From NCBI GenBank assembly GCA_021849125.1, contig JAJZTG010000002.1, positions 12,573-76,572 of the forward strand: a stretch of 64,000 bases of DNA. The letters are read 5' to 3'. Position 1 is the first letter of the stretch; each line of letters opens with the position of its first letter. The notes under the pieces were generated by a model, which was given only the letters and a program-made list of their open reading frames with translations, was not told where the DNA came from and searched no databases. Positions 60,506 through 64,000 of this stretch are shown piece after piece. The stretch comes from a bacterium (GTDB lineage Bacteria; Patescibacteriota; Minisyncoccia; Phycocordibacterales; Phycocordibacteraceae). Position numbers and translations under genes: made by a program.

Positions 60506-62218
60506 TTACGCCATGCGGATGTCGAGCAAGCGGAAACGGATCGGGTTCCCGCGTGAAAAGGTGTCACGCTCGAGATGCACGAGCGCGTGCACGAGCGCAC
60601 CGGCGGCAAGAGCGTCAGCTGTCCGCGCGAGGGCGCCTTTCGCGAAGAAGGTGACCGCCTCGATCGCGCGCGCGTCCCCTAAGGAAAGTTTCAAGTGCTC
60701 CTCCCCTTTTCCGAAACGTGAAATAGCGCGCACGGGAACTTCACGGAGCAGAAACACGGGCTTCGGATTCTCGATACCGAACGGAGCGAGGTGTTGCACC
60801 TTCGCGTAGAACGCATCCGTCACATCGGTCATCGCGATATCCGCGTCAGCATGAGCACTCAAGTCTTCGTCGAGCGTTTGATCGAGCTTAGCGAGCGCCT
60901 CGACGAGGCGTTCTTCAAGGAAGAAGACAGCGTCGTTCTTCACGGTGAAACCGCCTGCAGCAGCGTGTCCGCCAAAATCCTCGAAAGTGTCTTCAGTCGC
61001 GCGCATGAGTTCGAGCGCGTGCGTCTTGCCGCCGCTTCGCATCGAACCCTTGAGACGCATGTTTCCCTCTCTCCCCCACAAGAAGACAGGACGTTCGAAT
61101 TCGTCGGCGATGTTTCCCGCAACGAGACCGAGCAGTGCCGGACGCCACTCGGGGTCGCCGAGCGCGATGACGCTCGGCATGCTTTCACGTTCTTTGAGAC
61201 GTGCATGCACTGCACGAGTGATCGCACCGGCTTCCGCTTTTCGTTTCCGGTTAGCGCTCTCGAGCTTCTTCGCGAGAGTGTCGGCGAGACTCTCGTCATC
61301 GGTTGCAAGGAGGTCGAACGCATCGCGCGCATCACCCATACGGCTCGCCGCATTTATGCGCGGTGCGATCATGAAACCGATGTCGTCCTCGGTAAGTGAG
61401 CGCTGATCGGTGCGCATAATCCGCAATAGTTTTTGAAGGCCGATGCGCGGCGATTTCCGCAAGACGAGGAGTCCGTAGGTAGCAAGCACGCGGTTCTCGC
61501 CGATAAGCGGTACCATATCCGCGACGGTCGCGGTCGCGACCATATCGAGGAGCCACTTCTCCCATCCGAGCGGGATACGTTCTCGAAGTGAAGGTTCGGT
61601 GGCAAGAGTAGCGACAACAAGTTTCCATGCGACGCCTGCGCCACAGAGCTCATGAAACGGATACGGTTCATCGGCGCGTGCGTGCGGGTTCACCACGGCG
61701 AACGCATCCGGCAGTGAAGCGCCTGGCAGGTGATGGTCGGTGACGATGACATCGATACCGAGCTCTTTCGCGTGAGCTACCGGTTCAAGATCGGTAATGC
61801 CTGAGTCAACCGTAACGATGAGCGTGACGCCACGTTTCGCGAGAGCCCCGATACCATCCTTGTTCATGCCATACCCTTCAAGGTGTCGATGCGGGATGTA
61901 GTTCTCGAAATTCGCCTCTGCTTTTTTCAAGAAATCGTGAAGGAGCACGCCGCCGGGGATGCCATCAGAATCGTAGTCACTCCACACCGCGATCTTCTCT
62001 TTTGTGAGGATCGCGTCAGCGAGACGTCGTGCCGCCCTCGGCATATCGGTCATCAAAAGAGGATCGTGTACGTGTTCGTCATACGAAGGGCTCAAGAACG
62101 CTTTCGCCGAATCCTTCGAAGTGATGCCGCGCCGAGCGAGGAGTGCCGCCGTAAGGTCGTCGTACGCCGCGAGCTCTTCGCGAAGTTTCTCATCAAGCGG
62201 TTCATGGAGCGGGAACAT
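60506..62218 (-). CDS. recJ: Single-stranded DNA exonuclease RecJ
   Basis: DYDSDG, TVDSG, TDHH, APRINAASR, GGHAAAGG, PFGIENP. Confidence 0.96.
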   Translation of the reverse strand: MFPLHEPLDEKLREELAAYDDLTAALLARRGITSKDSAKAFLSPSYDEHVHDPLLMTDMPRAARRLADAILTKEKIAVWSDYDSDGIPGGVLLHDFLKKAEANFENYIPHRHLEGYGMNKDGIGALAKRGVTLIVTVDSGITDLEPVAHAKELGIDVIVTDHHLPGASLPDAFAVVNPHARADEPYPFHELCGAGVAWKLVVATLATEPSLRERIPLGWEKWLLDMVATATVADMVPLIGENRVLATYGLLVLRKSPRIGLQKLLRIMRTDQRSLTEDDIGFMIAPRINAASRMGDARDAFDLLATDDESLADTLAKKLESANRKRKAEAGAITRAVHARLKERESMPSVIALGDPEWRPALLGLVAGNIADEFERPVFLWGREGNMRLKGSMRSGGKTHALELMRATEDTFEDFGGHAAAGGFTVKNDAVFFLEERLVEALAKLDQTLDEDLSAHADADIAMTDVTDAFYAKVQHLAPFGIENPKPVFLLREVPVRAISRFGKGEEHLKLSLGDARAIEAVTFFAKGALARTADALAAGALVHALVHLERDTFSRGNPIRFRLLDIRMA

Positions 62219-62366
62219 GTCGCCTGATTGTATCAGGAAGCGCGTAGGGTATCATGCAGATATGAATAACCACACGGACCCCGATCGGAAGTTCACCTTT
62301 ACCGCATAGTTTTTGTGCGGCAACGTGCGAACTCGCCTGCGGCTCCCTTCTGCTATCATTGAATCC

Positions 62367-62795
62367 ATGACAGAAACTTCCCACGGGGCAGGCTGCGTTT
62401 TCTGCAAAATCGTCGCAGGCGACATCCCGGCGCACAAAGTGTATGAGGATGACGAGACCATCGCGTTTCTTGACGCATATCCGGTGTCCTCCGGACACAC
62501 GCTCGTCGTTCCCAAGAAACCGGTGGAGAATATCTTCGATACCGATGAAACGACGCTCGATGCGGTGATGCGTACGGTGCGGAAGGTGGCTCCTGCGGTA
62601 CGTGATGCGGTCGGCGCGCGCGGTGTGCACATCAATTCGAACCATGGTGCGACAGCCGGTCAGATTGTCCCGCATCTCCACTTCCATATCGTCCCGCGTC
62701 ACGAGCGCAGCGAGTTCTCCTTCTGGCCGCAACATGAAATCGACACTTCTGATGCGGAGGCGATCGCCGAGAAAGTCCGTATGCACCTGAAATAA
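62367..62795 (+). CDS. HIT family hydrolase
   Basis: CVFCKIV, GHTLVVPK, HLHFH. Confidence 0.95.
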   Translation: MTETSHGAGCVFCKIVAGDIPAHKVYEDDETIAFLDAYPVSSGHTLVVPKKPVENIFDTDETTLDAVMRTVRKVAPAVRDAVGARGVHINSNHGATAGQIVPHLHFHIVPRHERSEFSFWPQHEIDTSDAEAIAEKVRMHLK

Positions 62796-62832
62796 GAAAG
62801 CCGGCGCATAAAGCGCCGGCCGAGAACCTCAA

Positions 62833-63288
62833 TCACGTATCCGATGTGCTTGATGTCGGCTCGAAGGAAGAGCTGCCCAGAACAGCTAGCGAGGCTAAAA
62901 GCTCAGGGATGAGGCCGATGATGAGTAGCAGTTTCCACCAACTCGTCCAGACGCCGCTACTGTTTCCACAGAATGGTGCAGTACATGCGCCGAAAACGAA
63001 AGCGAACAGGATCATCGCCACGCCAGCCCAGAAGAATGTGCTTGGCAATGCGATAAGCATCTGTTCGTTCTCGAAAAACGTCTGATAGGCATCCGCGGAG
63101 AAGATCCAGACGAGGACCATGCCAAAGATGAAAGCAAAGAAGGTGACGATGATGAGGGGAATGTACCACTCATGTTGCACCATAGGACCGCCTACCGCGT
63201 AGCCGTGCCAGATACTGCCTACCCACATCGCGCACCACGAAAGCGCGACAGCCGTGAGAAGTGAGAATAACCAATACATAGCAACCAT
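62833..63288 (-). CDS. Hypothetical 4-TM membrane protein
   Basis: GGAGG SD before MVAMYW; four hydrophobic segments. Confidence 0.6.
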   Translation of the reverse strand: MVAMYWLFSLLTAVALSWCAMWVGSIWHGYAVGGPMVQHEWYIPLIIVTFFAFIFGMVLVWIFSADAYQTFFENEQMLIALPSTFFWAGVAMILFAFVFGACTAPFCGNSSGVWTSWWKLLLIIGLIPELLASLAVLGSSSFEPTSSTSDT

Positions 63289-63346
63289 GACTGACCTCCA
63301 GTGAACACGGACGCTCAGGATGAGCGTCCTTCTTCCGAAAAATACT

Positions 63347-64000
63347 CTACGATGAGAGATGCGTGTTGTCGAGCGCGTCGATGCCGGGCAGCGAGCCGTC
63401 GGCAAGGAAATCGAGCATCGCTCCCCCGCCGGTAGAGACGAACGAGAATTTCGGCAGGAGGCCGAGGCTTTCGATCGAAGCGACGGTATCGCCACCGCCC
63501 ACGACCGAACGAGCGCCGGATTTCGCGACAGCGCGTGCAAAGGCGTCGGTGCCAGACACGAAACCGTTTTCATAATTGCCGAGCGGGCCATTCCAGAGGA
63601 TCGTCTTCGCGTCCTTGGCGAGTGACGTGAGAAGCGCTTCCGTTGCGGGCCCATGGTCAAGGATGGATTCATCCGGACGGACGCCTTCGACCGACACTAC
63701 GCGCGCTTTCGTCTGTTGCTCGGGCGTACCGATCACGCTTGCCGGCACCACGACGACATCAAGTGGCAATACCAGTTTCTCATCTGCAAGGAGCGCCTGT
63801 ATGCCGCTCGTATCGCCAGCTGAAACAAGCGACTTCCCCACCTCATGCCCTTTCGCTTTCAGAAAATCGTTCGCAAGCGCGCCGCCGACGAAGAGTTTGT
63901 CATAGGTCGAAAGCAGCAAGGAAAGCAAACCTTCTTTCGTGCTGAATTTCGCACCGCCGATGACCGCGAGGGAAGGGTGCTTCGGCTTGAGGGCTAGACG
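63347..64000 (-). CDS. pgk: Phosphoglycerate kinase (3' part; start lies beyond window)
   Basis: GGAK, GGALAN, WNGPLG, GGGDT, STGGGA. Confidence 0.96.
   Translation of the reverse strand, partial: RLALKPKHPSLAVIGGAKFSTKEGLLSLLLSTYDKLFVGGALANDFLKAKGHEVGKSLVSAGDTSGIQALLADEKLVLPLDVVVVPASVIGTPEQQTKARVVSVEGVRPDESILDHGPATEALLTSLAKDAKTILWNGPLGNYENGFVSGTDAFARAVAKSGARSVVGGGDTVASIESLGLLPKFSFVSTGGGAMLDFLADGSLPGIDALDNTHLSS

Noticed and set aside
1-64000. CRISPR array, cas genes, transposase, integrase, prophage or reverse transcriptase
   Set aside because: No regularly spaced repeats or corresponding protein motifs were seen.

Overview
A core-chromosome segment, roughly 55-60% GC by eye, that spans the replication-origin cluster (dnaN-dnaA / rpmH-rnpA-yidC). 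Gene content and style point to a Patescibacteria/CPR bacterium of the Parcubacteria (Kaiserbacteria-like); this is an inference. It encodes translation genes (rpsR, rpsF, rplK, rplS, rpsT, rpmH, rpmB, metG, glyQS, ileS, argS, 9 tRNAs), replication and repair genes (ssb, polA, holA-like, ruvA/B/C, recO, recJ, rnhA), type IV pilus and competence genes (pilM/N/O-like, pilB, comEC), a thyA-tmk-dcd module, and a PrgI-VirB4-pilin cluster next to oriC with no relaxase in the window. No CRISPR array, transposase, integrase or prophage was seen. Most notable observations: (1) tRNA-His and tRNA-Leu(GAG) are each followed by an element carrying an exact antisense copy of that tRNA's own T-loop-to-acceptor segment, a shared flanking motif and a direct repeat of the tRNA 3' end; (2) a dCTP deaminase in which a normally internal segment appears relocated to the C-terminus; (3) a PTOX/AOX-like di-iron oxidase; (4) more than 20 core genes look leaderless (extended -10 box 6-9 nt before ATG), whereas accessory genes carry -35/-10 promoters, Shine-Dalgarno sites and terminators; (5) a 6S-like rod-shaped RNA candidate; (6) a histidine-phosphatase domain inserted in IleRS. 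All calls come from reading the sequence and recalled family motifs; no database searches were run.
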